Shown: positions 25,998 through 38,940 of the stretch, one piece after another
Position numbering within the stretch: the first letter of the stretch is position 1
How the letters are laid out: every line of letters starts with the position of its first letter
Assembly: GCA_028534125.1 (NCBI GenBank)
Contig: CM052818.1
Span: 32,056,001-32,120,000 of the forward strand
DNA length: 64,000 bases
From: Lama glama
Taxonomy: Eukaryota
Direction of reading: 5' to 3'
The notes under the pieces: generated by a model
Told to the model about the DNA's origin: nothing
What the model saw: only the letters and a program-made list of their open reading frames with translations
Databases searched by the model: none
Made by a program: the position numbers and the translations under genes

Positions 25998-26619
25998 AAA
26001 AGAAAAAACAAAACAGAGGCCAAAACCAAAACCAAGAAGCAAAACAAAGAAGGGGAGAGGATTCTCAGAGTCAATACGCGGAGCAGGAATAAACCTTAAA
26101 CACACACACACACAAATGGTAACCACAGAAGAGTGGTTAACACCACAATATAAAAGGTATACATAATAGCACATAATTGTGAAATTTAAAAAATAGACAA
26201 TAAGGAAAGATTATACATCTTTTAGAAGAAAAAATATACATCATGTACAAATAATAGGGAATAAGAATAGTATCTGTTTTAACATCTGCAATTTGGGGAT
26301 CTAGAGATCAGTTGATAAATGCAATCAAAATCCCAAAGGAAAATAATTTCTAACCTATAATTTCATACCCAGACAAACTACCATTAGATATGAAGTTAAA
26401 ATAAAGATACTTTTATAAATGCAAAATCTAAAAATGTACCTTTTAGGCACCCTTTCTTAAAAAGATTTGGATGTGCCACATGGAAATAAGAGAATAAAAC
26501 AAGAAATAGGAAAATATGGGAACAATGAAATAGAAATAAAAGATCCATCCTAGAAGAGAGGCAAAGAGGATTCCCAGCATAATGGTGAAAGAAATTCCTT
26601 GGGTGAATTGAAAGTGTTG

Positions 26620-26990
26620 CAAGCTACAAACATAGATGAACCTCAAAGTCATTGTACTATGTGAAATAACACTGTCACAAAAGAACAAATACTGATTCCA
26701 CTTAAATGAAGTACTTGGAGTAGTCAAATTCAGAGAGACAGAAAGTAGAGTGATGCCTGCCAGAGCTAGGAGGATGGGAAAATGGTGAGTTAACTGTTTA
26801 ATGGATATGGATATGTGAATTTCAGTTTGGGAAGAAGGAAACTATTCTAGAGATGGATGGTAGTAATGGTTGCACAAGTAATTGTTGCACAACAATGTGA
26901 ATATATTTAATGCCAGTTAATGCCACACTTGAAAATGGCTAAAATAGTAAATTTTATGCTATGTATATTTTCCCACAATTAAAAAAAATA
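26620..26990 (+). mobile_element. L1MB-like 3' end
   Basis: gtagtcaaattcagagagacagaaagtaga...gagatggatggtagtaatggttgcacaa...aattttatgctatgtatatttt.ccacaattaaaaa. Confidence 0.85.
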
Positions 26991-27279
26991 ATTGAAAATG
27001 TTTACTCTGGAGTGTGGGAATTAGGAGGAAGGGACAACTGCTTTTGTTATAAGCCTAGAGTACTAATTGACTTTTTAAACTATGCATATGCAATACTTCA
27101 ATAAACATTTTTTTAGCTAAAACTGAATTTTAATGCTGTAGGCATTCTAGGCAAAGGGAACTACATGAACAAAGTCAGGGAGGCATGAAACAGCACAGGG
27201 AGAACCACAGGAAGTTCTGTGTTCCTGAAAGGTGTTAAACAGGCTATGGGAAGGAGCTGCAGCTTTTTTTTTTCTAGGC

Positions 27280-27552
27280 CAGTGTTTCCCACAGTGTGAT
27301 GTGCACTTACAGATGTACCCAGTGATCTTTGTTATATATTTGATTTTAAGGTACCTTCTATTCATAACAAATGACACTGGTTTTGAGTTTATGGTGGTGA
27401 TAATAGTGATATAAATTCCTTAAACCAAAGTAAGTTTATAAATGTTTAAGTTGGTTTTAAGAATAACATTAATAGTAATATGAGAGGCACACAATTGTGG
27501 CAAAAATATCATTAAGGTTATGCATGGATGATCAAGGCAAAAGGAAACACTT
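27280..27552. mobile_element. hAT-Charlie non-autonomous element (Charlie4/MER113-like) with 8-bp TSD
   Basis: TIRs cagtgtttcc / ggaaacactt; TSD ttctaggc (27272-27279) and ttctaggt (27553-27560). Confidence 0.8.
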
Positions 27553-28220
27553 TTCTAGGTGATAGGGAGCCCTTGATGGTTTACATGAGGCAGAGTGTGC
27601 AGGCCAGGTTTGAGTCCTGTATCAGTCCAAGGAATATGAACTGCCTTCTACAGTTCTCTGACACCTGGAAGCATCTTCAGAAGATGTCTTGAGGTGAGAG
27701 ATGGAAGTTCAGGTAATCATTCTGTCTTCTGTAAGTCTGCCTACAAGTAAAAAGAAGTGGCCACTAAAAAATAAAAGATTGAAGATCACTGAAATAGATC
27801 ATTGTGGTCAGGGGTTGAGGAAGAATTAGGGGAGAAAGGCTGAGAACAGGGAGACCAACTGAGCTGCTGCTGCAAGTGATCCAAGAGGAAACTGTGGCAT
27901 GGCCTGGGACAGTATGCAGGGAGAGGAGGAGACAGATTAGAGATGTAGAGCTCCTGACTGCAGCCCTAGTGTTCTACTTGGTGGCAGCCCATCTAAACTG
28001 CAATAATAGCACTTAGGAAGATATAAACAGCTCTTAGAGAATGAGCTTTATTTGCCCAAATAAAGAAGTGATGGCAGAAGTTTATTGCCATATTGAATTC
28101 TCCAACATTAGTTACAATAACAGGAGCAGTGGTATTAGAAACTGATTTTTCCAAGCACAGAAGAATATGAAAGTAGGAGAGGAACCGTATGTCAAAGCAG
28201 AAGAAGACTGGACTCGGAGC

Positions 28221-30372
28221 CATTCATTCATTCACTCTGTTCATCCCTTCATACCACAAATATTTATTCTACACGTATATGTGAGGAGCTGTCCTATACA
28301 CTGGAGACCCATCAGTGAACAGAACTGACATCAATTCCTGCTTTCCTGGTGCTTACATTCTTACTTCCAAGGAAGAAATATAAATGATCAATAGGCACAT
28401 GAAAAAATGCTCAATATCACTAATTATCAGAAAAATGCAAATCAAAACTACAATGAGGTATCACCTCACACCAGTCAGAATGGCCATCATTCAAAAGTCC
28501 ACAAATGACAAATGCTGGAGAGGCTGTGGAGAAAAGGGAACCCTCCTACACTGCTGGTGGGAATGCAGTTTGGTGCAGCCACTGTGGAAAGCAGTATGGA
28601 GATTCTTCAAAAGACTAGGAATAGACTTACCATATGACCCAGTAATCCCACTCCTGGGCATATATCCAGAAGGAACCCTACTTCAAAATGACACCTGCAG
28701 CCCAATGTTCACAGCAGCACTATTTACAATAGCCAAGACATGGAAACAGCCTAAATGTCCATCGACAGATAACTGGATAAAGAAGAAGTGGTATATTTAT
28801 ACAATGGAATACCATTCATCCATAAAAACTGACAACATAATGCCATTTGCAGCAACATGGATGTCCCTGGAGAATGTCATTCTAAGTGAAGTTAAGCCAG
28901 AAAGAGAAAGAAAAATACCATATGAGAGCGCTCATATGTGGAATCTAAAAAAAAAAAAAGCATAAATACAAAACAGAAACAGACTCATAGACATAGAGTA
29001 CAAACTTGTGGTTGCCAAGGGGGCAGGAGGTGGGAAGGGACAGACTGGGATTTCAAAATGTAGACTCGATAAACAAGATTATACTGTATAGCACAGGGAA
29101 ATATATACAAGATCTTATGGTAGCTCACAGAGAAAAAAATGTGACAATGAATATATGTATGTTCATGTATAACTTAAAAACTGTTCTACACTGGAATTTG
29201 ACACAAAATTGTAAAATGACTATTACTCATTAAAAAAATGTTAAAAAAATACAAAGTGTTAGAAGAAAATAAGTGCTATAAAGAATAATAAAGCCAGGAA
29301 GATGCAAATGGTGTGGTTTAATTTTTTGAAGGGTGGTCTGTTAAATCTTTGTGTGAGGGTTGACATTTGAGCAATGACTTGAAGGGAGTAAGATAGTGAG
29401 CCATGCATACAGCTTGGGGGAGAGCAGTCAGGCAGAGGGAATAGCAAGCACAAAGGCTCTGAGGCAGGAGAATGACTGGAATGTTCTGGAATAAGCAGGA
29501 GGACAGGGTGATTGGAGCAGAGTAAGCCAGGGGATGATTAGTGGGAGATGAGGTCAGGAAGGCTTAAGGCAGAGGGCATGGGGGGCAGGATGTATGATCT
29601 TGTAGACCATTGTAAGGACTTTGGCTTTTACTCTTAGAGAAAACAGAGGCCTTGGAATGTTTGGAGCCAAGGGATGAAATGCTCTACCTTAAATTTTAAA
29701 AGGATTATTTTAGCTGATATGCTGAGATTAGACTATGAGGACAGAGGCAGGGAGATGTATAGAAGGCATTTTCAAGAATCTAGGCAAGAATAAAAGGTAA
29801 CTTGAGCTAGCAAGACAAGTAGTAAGAAGTGGTCACAATTGAGGTATATTTGGAGGTTGAGCCAGTGATTTGGAAGATTTGGACCCAGATCAAGTTTGTA
29901 TGGGTAGATCATGAATTCCGTTTTGACATGAGAAATTTGAAACATCTAATAGATGTCCAAGTGGAGATCATAAGAAGGCGTAGAGATAAATAGGCCTGGA
30001 ATTCAAGGTAGTGTTTTGGGCTAAAGATACAACTTGGGGTCTTTACGAGGGAGATGAGATTAATCAACAGATGAGTGTAACTGAAGAATAGCAGAGATCC
30101 AAATACTGAGCCAACAAGTTGGGGAGTTGAGGGGCAACCAGCAAAAGAGACTGAAGAGAGGGTGGGGAGGTAGGAGGAAAATGAAGAGAGTCCTGTGTCC
30201 TGGAAGTCACATGGAGAAAGTGTGGGAGTGATCAGTTATAAATAAATGCTGCTGGTGGTCCAGGAAGAACATCTGAGGCTGAGATTTGACCACTGGATTT
30301 ACCAACATGAAAGTGACTGGTAACCTTGACAGGAGCAGCTTGGTGGAAGATGGGACAAAAGCCTGATTGGAA
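28221..30372 (-). mobile_element. L2 (L2a-like) LINE, split by young L1
   Basis: cattcattcattca 3' tail, cttacattct..., taagtgctata...tgacatttgagca...taaggactttggcttttactct...gatgtccaagtggag. Confidence 0.85.
28364..29250 (+). mobile_element. Young camelid-type L1, 5'-truncated, ORF2 C-terminus plus full 3'UTR
   Basis: ORF 28384-28965 is the L1 ORF2p C-terminus with CCHC knuckle ([19 protein letters not shown]), frameshifted near the end; 3'UTR and A tail. Confidence 0.95.
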
Positions 30373-30379
30373 TCATAGT

Positions 30380-30527
30380 TGCTGAGTTCTGGTCCATACC
30401 ACCAACATGCTGGGTGACTTTGGATGAATCACACCACTTCTCTGGAGTCAGTTTCCTCATTTGTCAAATGAAAAGGTTTGAAGTAGAAGATCTCTAAATC
30501 TCTTTCTAGCCCTAAATTTATAAGATT
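30380..30527 (+). mobile_element. MIR3 fragment
   Basis: gggtgactttgg...cagtttcctcatttgtcaaatg...gatctctaa...ttctagccctaaa. Confidence 0.7.
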
Positions 30528-31325
30528 TGTGTGATGATTCTAATGAAGCAGGTTTTTCTTTTCATGACTGATACTTCAGAAGTATTTGGAATCTGAAACT
30601 TGTATGGGGGGCTTCTCTTTTCACAGAGTGAAGAAAATGTGGATGGAAATGCAAATCATTCAGCAAATTGACCATTGGGTCTAATGTGAAAGAATCCGAG
30701 TTAGTTCCTAGTTTGTTTCAAGATAATAGAAGACACATGCACACACACTTTTTCTGAGTTTTTCCACGAGGAAAGACACCTCATTTATATTTGTACGTTT
30801 TGTTTTTATTCTGTTTGTAATATTGATCCCATTTAATTAAAGATTTCCAGACTCTCATTAAACAGTTTGTTTTGGTAATTTCCTGAAAGTGAGCCTTTAC
30901 ACTTTGATAGCTCCACCTTGCCAGGGATGCACCTACCTACTACCACCTGGTGGTAGCAAAAATATACAAAATCGAGAAAAAGGAAAAGCAAAGAGCCTTT
31001 CTTAGTTCAGTGCTCCCAAGCATTGGTCCTAGGTCTTTCCAGACAGTATTGACTTTGTAAGGTCTCCAAGGAACTTCGAGGCTGTGAGATCTTCATGACT
31101 CCATGGAGATATGACACCCAGGGCTTAGCATGGGGTCCTTAGATCCAAAGCCAGTGAAATACAGACATGTCGAATATTCACCGAATATTCCTGGGGGAAT
31201 GTACCAAGTAAATGAGGGCTATTAAAATTAATCCTGGTTTTCTGAAACCATTTTAACTCTCTAAGAAATTATCTATGCAAGCATTGTTTTAAAAGTTACC
31301 TTTTTGAAGAAGTACTTTTAGAAAC

Positions 31326-32354
31326 TTTTTTATTGAGTTATAGTCAGTTTACAATGTTGTGCCAATTTCTGGTGTAGGTCATACATGAATATACATATAT
31401 TCATTTTCATATTCTTTTTCACTGTGAGTCACTACAAGATATTGAATATATTTTCCTGTGCTATACAGTATAAACCTGTTTATCTATTTTATATATACTA
31501 GTCAGTATCTGCAAATCTCGAACTCCCAGTTTATCCCTTTCCACCGCTCTTCTCCCCAGTAACCATAAGTCTGTATTCTATGTCTGTGAGTCTGTTTCTG
31601 TTTTATATATATATATGTTCATTTGTGTTTTTTTGTTTTTTTAGATTCCACATGAGTGATATCATATGGTATTTTTCTTTCTCTTTCTGGCTTACTTCGC
31701 TTAGAATGACATTCTCCAGGGACATCCATGTTGCTGCAGATGGCATTATGCTGTCATTTTTATGGCCGAATAGTATTCCATTGTATAAATATACCACAGC
31801 TTCTTTATCCAGTTACCTGTTGATGGACATTTAGGCTGTTTCCATGTCTTGGCTATTGTAAATAGTGCTACTATGAACATTGGAGTGCAGGTGTCTTTTT
31901 GAATTAGGGTTCCTTCTGGATATATGCCCAGGAATGGAATTGCTGGGTCACATGGTAAGTTAATTTTTAGTCTTTTGAGGAATCTCCATGCTGTTTTCCA
32001 CAATGGCGCACCAAACTACATTCCCACCAACAGTGTAGGAGGATTTCCCTTTCTCCACACCCTCTCCAGCATTTATTGTTTGTGGACTTTTGAATGATGG
32101 CCATTCTGACTGGTGTGAGGTGATACCTCATTATAGTTTTGATTTGCATAATTAGTGATATTGAGCATTTTTTCATGTGCCTATTGGTCATTCATATGTC
32201 TTCACCGGAGAATTGCTTGTTTAGGTCCTCTGCCCATTTTTGGATTGGGTTGTTTGTTTTTTCTTTATTAAGACATTATTATATATTCTGGAAATTGAGC
32301 CCTTGTCAGTTTCATCTTTTGCAAATATTTTTTCCCATTCCGTAGGTTGTCGTT
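31326..32354 (-). mobile_element. Lineage-specific L1, 5'-truncated (~1 kb)
   Basis: T tract then tttattgagttatagtcagtttacaatgttgtg; minus-strand ORFs 31746-32003 and 31967-32191 are frameshifted ORF2p C-terminus ([19 protein letters not shown]). Confidence 0.95.
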
Positions 32355-33714
32355 TAGTTTTAATAGAGGTTGAGTTTTGTATTTTTAAGGTCTTCCATTC
32401 TTGTCAGACACAAACTGTGAGCACACCTGATTGCTAAGGGATATAAAGTTTTTTAAATTATCAGCAAACATAATAGCTAACAACTGGGTTCCTGCTTGAA
32501 TGGAGATTCTGCTGTCCCTGGAGAGTAAAAAACAAAGTAAAACAACAACAACAGCAGCAAAATCCTTTAATTTGAAAAAATAGTTACTGGCATTTATTCT
32601 GTTAATGCAGACACACACCAACATGACTATAATCTCTGTGTTTTTGAAACTGCAGGGAAAACTGGAAGCAGCTGTAAACAAAAAATAATAAAAGATAACA
32701 GGAAACTGCCAAATTTCTATCACTATAGCACCCCATTCCCTCTCCTCCCGTGATTTTTCTGAGCCAGCTCAGAGAAAAAGGTCTGAGTTGTAAGGCACAG
32801 CGAGCCAGAGTTGTGTCTGAAACTGAGGAGAAGGGAGATTTTTCCCCAAAGAAATCCATACTGTTCCTGAACAAACCCAGGATTCAACACCAGATCAAAT
32901 AAACAAGGTAAAGATATTGTAGGTTCTCTAGTAAAGGAAGTGATTAAATATCATATGGATTTAAGATCACTTTAAAGGATAACTTTACCTGGGTGTTTAT
33001 TTCTTAAAATACTTCTGCATAAATGTATAACATTTAAAAATTTTACTACTTTATGCTGGGTTGGCAGTTTTGCTAACTATGGCAGTGAACGAGAGGAAAC
33101 AGGCAGGACCTGACTAATGATAGAGACCTGCACATACATAAGAATCCAATTTTATAATTTGATATGGAAAGAAATAAGAAGTCATTGGAAGCCAGAAGTG
33201 ATCTTAATTGAAGCAGCAGGTAGGCCAAGTTAATTTAGTAATAGAAGTGTCAAATGATCAGTGATTTGGCATTGGAAAGGAGAAAATATGGCATATTTGT
33301 GTGATTTCATGGGGAGTGAAACAGGCGGTCTTCATAAACTCCTTCATGTCACAGTGGAAAGATTCATAGTTAGACCATGGATCTTCTGGTCTACTTTTCT
33401 TCACTTTAGATGCAAACTCAAGGCCAGAAAAGTAGGATTATCTACCCCAGGTTTTAAGGGAATTAGTACAGAACCAACACTAGAATCTGAGTTTCCCAGG
33501 CTAATGTTTTCCCAATGTTTCAATGACACCTTTAAACCCTCTGTGAAGTGTAAGACTTAAGGGGTATGTCTGAATGAACTTTGATGGATATGGTCGGGGA
33601 AAGCTGCTGTAAAGGACAGACAGGTGTGAGGGAAGGCAGGTAGATAAAGAATCTTTAGCTCTGCTATTATTCTGATTTTAGAACATCCAACTAAACACCT
33701 TTGGTGACTTGCTC

Positions 33715-34778
33715 TTCTTTCTCTTTCTCCTGTCTCATTTAATCCCATGGTCTCAGCTCTCATCTGTAGGATAGATGATACACAAATCACTTCTTTCAGT
33801 CTCTTCCAGTCTCTAGTTATATATTTCCAATTGCCTGCTGGATATTTGCTCCTAGATTCCTACTGAGGTCTCAGACTGCAGATGCCCAATCTGAATTTAC
33901 TGCCTTTCCTTCAAAATAACTGTCTCGGTTCCCTAATAAGTACCATCATCCACCAGTCATCCAGATCCAAACTTTTAGCATTACTTTTACTTCTTTCTCT
34001 TCCTTGCAAATCCCATATGAATTGCAATCTGGTTAGATGCCATCATCATTGTATCTCTTATCCCTGCCTCCTCTTCTCTGCCTGCTCTTAGCTCATACCT
34101 TTATTCCCCTGTGCCAAGCCTATTATGATCTCCTTCTCTCGGCTCTCAGTGTCTAGTATTCTTTTATCAGGATTGTCCTCCCAAATCTGACTTGACTGTG
34201 TCACTTCTTTATTGAAAAAGCCTTCAGTGGCTCCTGTTGCTAATAGAATGAAGTTTAAATTTCTTAGCCTAAATTTTAAAACCCCCACAACTGTTCCAAC
34301 ATATTTTTCCATTACTTTATTTTTATGCAGGGGCTACTGAAGTCAACTTTGCTAGATTCAATTGTCCTGTAACACTATATGCGGTAAGCATCAAGCCTTC
34401 ACGTAGGCTCTTATCTTTGCTGGTGATGTCTTTCTTTCCAGTGCCAGCCATGAAACATTTAACATCTACCCATATTATTGTCACTTTAAAATGTGTATTT
34501 CAAACCCACTGTGACCCCCCAATAAACCTTTATTATTTTCCCTAGTCAAAAGAATTCTCTCCCTTGTCTTTTCCCAAACCATTTTCTTTCTTCTTTGAAA
34601 TCCTCACTTTCCACCTTCTGCTAGATATCATTGTTCCTAAAGTTTAAATTCCTAGTAAACTATGAGCCCCCAGTGGGTAGAGATAGGTTTAATTTACTCT
34701 CACCTAATATGGTACTTGGGGTATCATCCTAAGTAGGTGCTCGACGAATGTTAATTGAATGAACGACTAAGTGAATGT
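33715..34778 (+). mobile_element. L2 LINE 3' kilobase
   Basis: Relic HLYADDTQI region (catctgtaggatagatgatacacaaatc), ccttcagtggctcc, tail taggtgctc..gaatgttaattgaatgaa. Confidence 0.8.
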
Positions 34779-35427
34779 TAGTGACTAAATTCCTGAAGAC
34801 CGTAGGCAAGTTCGGTTTGAATGCAAGTAGAGAGATGGGGATGGAAAGAGATTTGAAATTTGTTCCTTTTCTACTGATGGAAGGAATTACACAGGTTTTT
34901 GTGGTTGTTGTTGCTTATTTTGTTTGGCTTCTTTTAAAGAATAGAAAAGAATATATCCAGATATATATATATCTGAAATAGGGAAACTGCAGAACATAGT
35001 CCAGGATGAGAAGGACCCAGTGAAAAAGGAAGCTGAAAGGGAAGAGGATATACAATACCCCTAAGAAGAAATTTATGCAGACCTAGATTTGAAGTCAACC
35101 TCTGATTATCTATTATTTATACATTTTGAAGAAATATGCACCAGATTTTAGTGCTTCCTATTTTGTTTGTCTCCCAATATATGTGTGAGCCAGCAGAGTC
35201 CAGGACTTGATTTACCTTTGCTGATTCGGCTTCTTTTCTCTGAGCTTATTTATGGCTGTGAGAGAGGCATTGTGTCCTTGCTGATAAAGGACAACCGAAC
35301 TGTGTTCTAGGCTTAGCTGCCAAGTTACTGTAGGACTCCTAGAAAGTTGCTATCTTCCCCAGATGCCAAGTTTTCCTAAACTATAGGAAATGAAGACTGT
35401 GTCTGAAAAGTGGAGAGAGTCCTAGAC

Positions 35428-35565
35428 TAGAGTGTCTCAAATTTAATATGCATTCAGTCTCCTGGGACACTTGTTTAAAAAGTCAATTCTGTTTCCGTAG
35501 GTCTGGGGTGGGGCCTGAGACTCTGCATGTCTTAACACCCACATGGACCACATTGAATAACAGGG
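35428..35565. mobile_element. MER5A-like hAT-Charlie MITE
   Basis: gtaggtctggggtggggcctgaga.tctgcatgtcttaaca...tggaccacattga. Confidence 0.75.
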
Positions 35566-35605
35566 TCCTTTTGAAGACAGAAGGAACCTTAGAGCTCAAC
35601 CAAGC

Positions 35606-35767
35606 CAGTGGTTTGCAGCCCCAACCAATCCTTAGAGTCATGTGGGGAGCATCTAAGAATACAGATATCCATATTTTCCACGCAGTGTCTCAGATGGTCC
35701 CCAATCAGGTGAGTTTTTAATAAGCGCCCCAGTTCATTCTGATGTACAGCTAGGTTTGAGAACCACA
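35606..35767. mobile_element. MER5-like MITE inserted in a reverse MIR3
   Basis: cagtggtt...ttctgatgtacagctaggtttgagaaccac; flanks gaaggaaccttagag / aaactgaggcccag are MIR. Confidence 0.7.
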
Positions 35768-36299
35768 AATCTTGTCTGGTCCCCAACCCCCCACTAAGAA
35801 ATGGCAAAACTGAGGCCCAGGGACTGCTTGAATTCCATGAAGAAAGATTCTGTTCATATGAAAGGGGTTTCCTGAAAAAATAACCCTTATGCATTTTGTT
35901 TCCGTAAATGAAAGTTCCCCTTTAAAGCCGCAGAAATAACTGGATCCTGTGTATAATTTATTTCTTAAAAGCTACCAACACAGAAAACTAGTATTTTTAG
36001 CCTCCTTTAGAATGATAAATACTCTAGATTATTTTAGTTTTATCCTAATGGTAGGGGGTGGTGGTGGTGATGATAAGGAATGGCTATTAAGCAATTATGT
36101 TATTCAAACACATCATTATTATTATTACCCTGATGAGTGGACTCATTATAATTGAACAACAAAAGCATGAATGACTTTGCATTGTTATTAGTGTCTGCCT
36201 CAGGGCCCCTGCCTTTCCCAGGGGCTATTGCATTCATGTGTTCAGCAGACTTGATTCACAATGTACCATACTTGCTGTGCTCAACTTGTAAGCTGTTGG

Positions 36300-36960
36300 A
36301 TTGGTTTTCAGAATCCAGTGTGGTCATCTTTTCTTTCCTCCCTCTCCCCAAAACAACCAAATCTTAGAAAGCCTATGCCCTCCCTGTATCCACTCTTGTT
36401 ATTCTCCTGTCCTTTCACACAGCAACTCATGATCTTCAGAATTATAAGATGATATTATAATGCTCTTTCTTAAAACTTGCCAATGGCTGCCTATTTCTTT
36501 TAGGATAAAATAAAAATCCTTGGCAAGTCTTCCCAGACCATTAATAAACTGCTCCACTTCTTTTCAGCAGCCCCATTACCAGCCATTCTTCCTCTCCTTC
36601 TCACCATACTGTTTTGGGCTTCTGGGATGTTCTGACATCTCCAGTTTCTGGAATGTTTTAACATCTTTCGCCAGGAGACTTTATACATGCTCTTCTCCCT
36701 GTTCATAAGATTTTCCCCAGCTATATTCTCCTCAACCTTCCGCTCTCATCTTAAATTTCTGTGTCTTAGGGAGCCTTCCCTGACCACCAGAATAAATTAA
36801 CACCCCCCAGTGCTTCTCCATTGGTAACAGTGACTACACCAGTAATTGTTTGCTTGATACTGTTCTTCCCGTGATAAGCCCCAAAAGGACATAGCTGAGC
36901 TTTCAAAGCTAATTCCTCACTGTCTAACACATGGCTTGATAGTTATTTGTTGAAAGATAC
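36300..36960 (+). mobile_element. L2 LINE fragment
   Basis: cttaaaacttgccaatggct...ggataaaataaaaatcctt...gagccttccctgacc...tatttgttgaa. Confidence 0.7.
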
Positions 36961-38159
36961 ATGTAAGAATCACCAAGCAGTTGAACTGACCACACAGAAT
37001 CCCAGGGATCTAAGGGGAAGCAAAAGCACTGGGTCTCCCCCGTCTAATTCCCTGAGTTAGGGGCTGCCCTCCTTTTCCTGGTATCCACATCTCCCCATCA
37101 CCGCCCTCCCCAAATACATTCTTAGAAACTTGAAGTGATTAAGATATTTTATCCCTAAGTTGACCCAGTATATTGAATCTACATTTCTTAGAATGGCTGT
37201 TGCAGTGTTACTTTTGGCGCATACATGGGTGAAGCTACACAGAGCTCAGAGCCATACTTTTGTGGAAATGTTGTTGAGGATGCCATTGCTACAGCACTCT
37301 GTGTCCCCTATGGAAAGGCCCACCCAAGAAATAGCTCTTCTAGATTTAAATGTCAGGAAGCATTTTGCATCCTTGGGAAACTGATAGGTGTTTTCTTTTT
37401 GTCCAGTGAATTTCTGTACCACATTTTTCTCATAGCTTTTGCTGCCAGGAAGTTCAAAGCCACATTCTCAGCTCAACTTTTGTAACTGTGGAGGCCTGTG
37501 GCTTGCATACTTACAGTGTAACTTTGCCCTGGTCTTGATTTTCTATTCTAAATATATTTTCTCTGCTCCTGATTTATTTTAAATTATTTATAGCTTTCTA
37601 TTTTAGAGTTCGAAGTCTTAGAAGCTTCCTCAAATCCTTAGTGGAATGAGGCAGGGAGATATATAAAAGAAAGGAATTCATGAAGCTCTGAGATACATTG
37701 CCTTTAAAGTCCAGAGGGTTCCTTTCTGCAGGTGGTACTGGCAGGAGCCATGAATAGAGAGAGTTCTGCTGGCCAGAGTGTTCTTTAACCATGCAAAGAC
37801 ATGGCACAGCTTCTAGGAGAGGGAACCCTTTGGGAACAGTTTATTGAGGTGATTTTGTTTCTGATCTCTTGCCAGAGCTATCCTCAAGTGACCCAGAAGT
37901 GTGAGTGATTCTGTCCTCTTGGAGTCTGAATCCTTTTCTGGGGAGTGGCTAAATAGAGTGAGCCTTATAATCTGTCCTGAAATTCCATGTGAAAGCTAGA
38001 TTTCCATTGGAATAAGTCTTCTAAGATCAGAATTAGAGTGCTTTTGTAGCCAAGGCTGCAATTTCACCTACTTTTCAATTCTCCCTAAGTGTCCAGCATT
38101 GCAGTAGAAACTATTTACTTTAAGAATTTATTTCTGTCTCTAAGGGAAGCAGAAATGAG

Positions 38160-38385
38160 CACATGTTCCATGTGTACTGTATGCTGGTTGCTATGTATGT
38201 ACCTCACATGAACTGATTTAATTCTTGTATCCACCCTGTGCTCTATCTAGGCTTATTATCTGCATTTTATATATAGATAATAGAAGGCTCAGAGAGAGAC
38301 TTGCCCAACATTACCTGGATAATGAGAGGTGGTGCCAGGATTATATTCAGATCTCTGAGCCCAACAAAGCTGAACTTCTACAGTC
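38160..38385 (-). mobile_element. MIR SINE
   Basis: tttaattct...accctgtg...gaaggctcagagag.gacttgcccaa. Confidence 0.7.
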
Positions 38386-38779
38386 CATTGGGAAGATCAT
38401 GTGAGAGCAGGATAAGCTTATGGTGAAAAACAAGCTGCTCAGTAGGTGAGATAAAGAGAGGTCACACGTGGAGCTGGGAAAGGACTCAGAGGCAGGCAGA
38501 AGAGAAAAGAAGAGACCTCACTGAGCCCCTTTGGCCTCAATGAAGATCCCCAGCCCCAACCCATTTCTATCCCCTTCCTCCATCCCATCATCTTTGGTAT
38601 TCATCTTTGTTGCCACAAACGAGTTCCCTGACACTCTAGGCTATTGTGGCTGTCGTCATTCTTGCCTCTTAGAAATTGATAGATACAGAAATAGACACAG
38701 ACATAGACATAGATACATCCACAGCATTATTCTGGGTGGGAGATGCTTCATGAAGGTGAATACTAGTCACTGACTATTG

Positions 38780-38940
38780 ATGTTGGCAGAGGTTGCTATG
38801 TATTGAGGTACTGTCATGTTCTGGATACTTCAGAGCTATTATCTCATTTAAGCTTCACAAAAGCCTAGCATGGTAGATATTATTGTCTCTGCATTGCAGA
38901 TGAGAAAGCTGAGGGTTACAGAGGTTGCCCATGGTCATGC
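38780..38940 (-). mobile_element. MIR SINE
   Basis: tattatctcattta...gcagatgagaaagctgaggg. Confidence 0.7.

Larger units (their letters stand above)
25470..27112 (+). mobile_element. HAL1-like element fragments, interrupted by two L1 3' ends
   Basis: ORF1-like C-terminus (aatttcatacccagacaaacta ~ ILYPAKL), HAL1-like tail actgcttttgttataagcc...gactttttaaactatg. Confidence 0.6.

Noticed and set aside
28384..28965. Longest ORF (193 aa) as a host gene
   Set aside because: It is the ORF2p C-terminus of a 5'-truncated young L1, with no promoter, EN or RT
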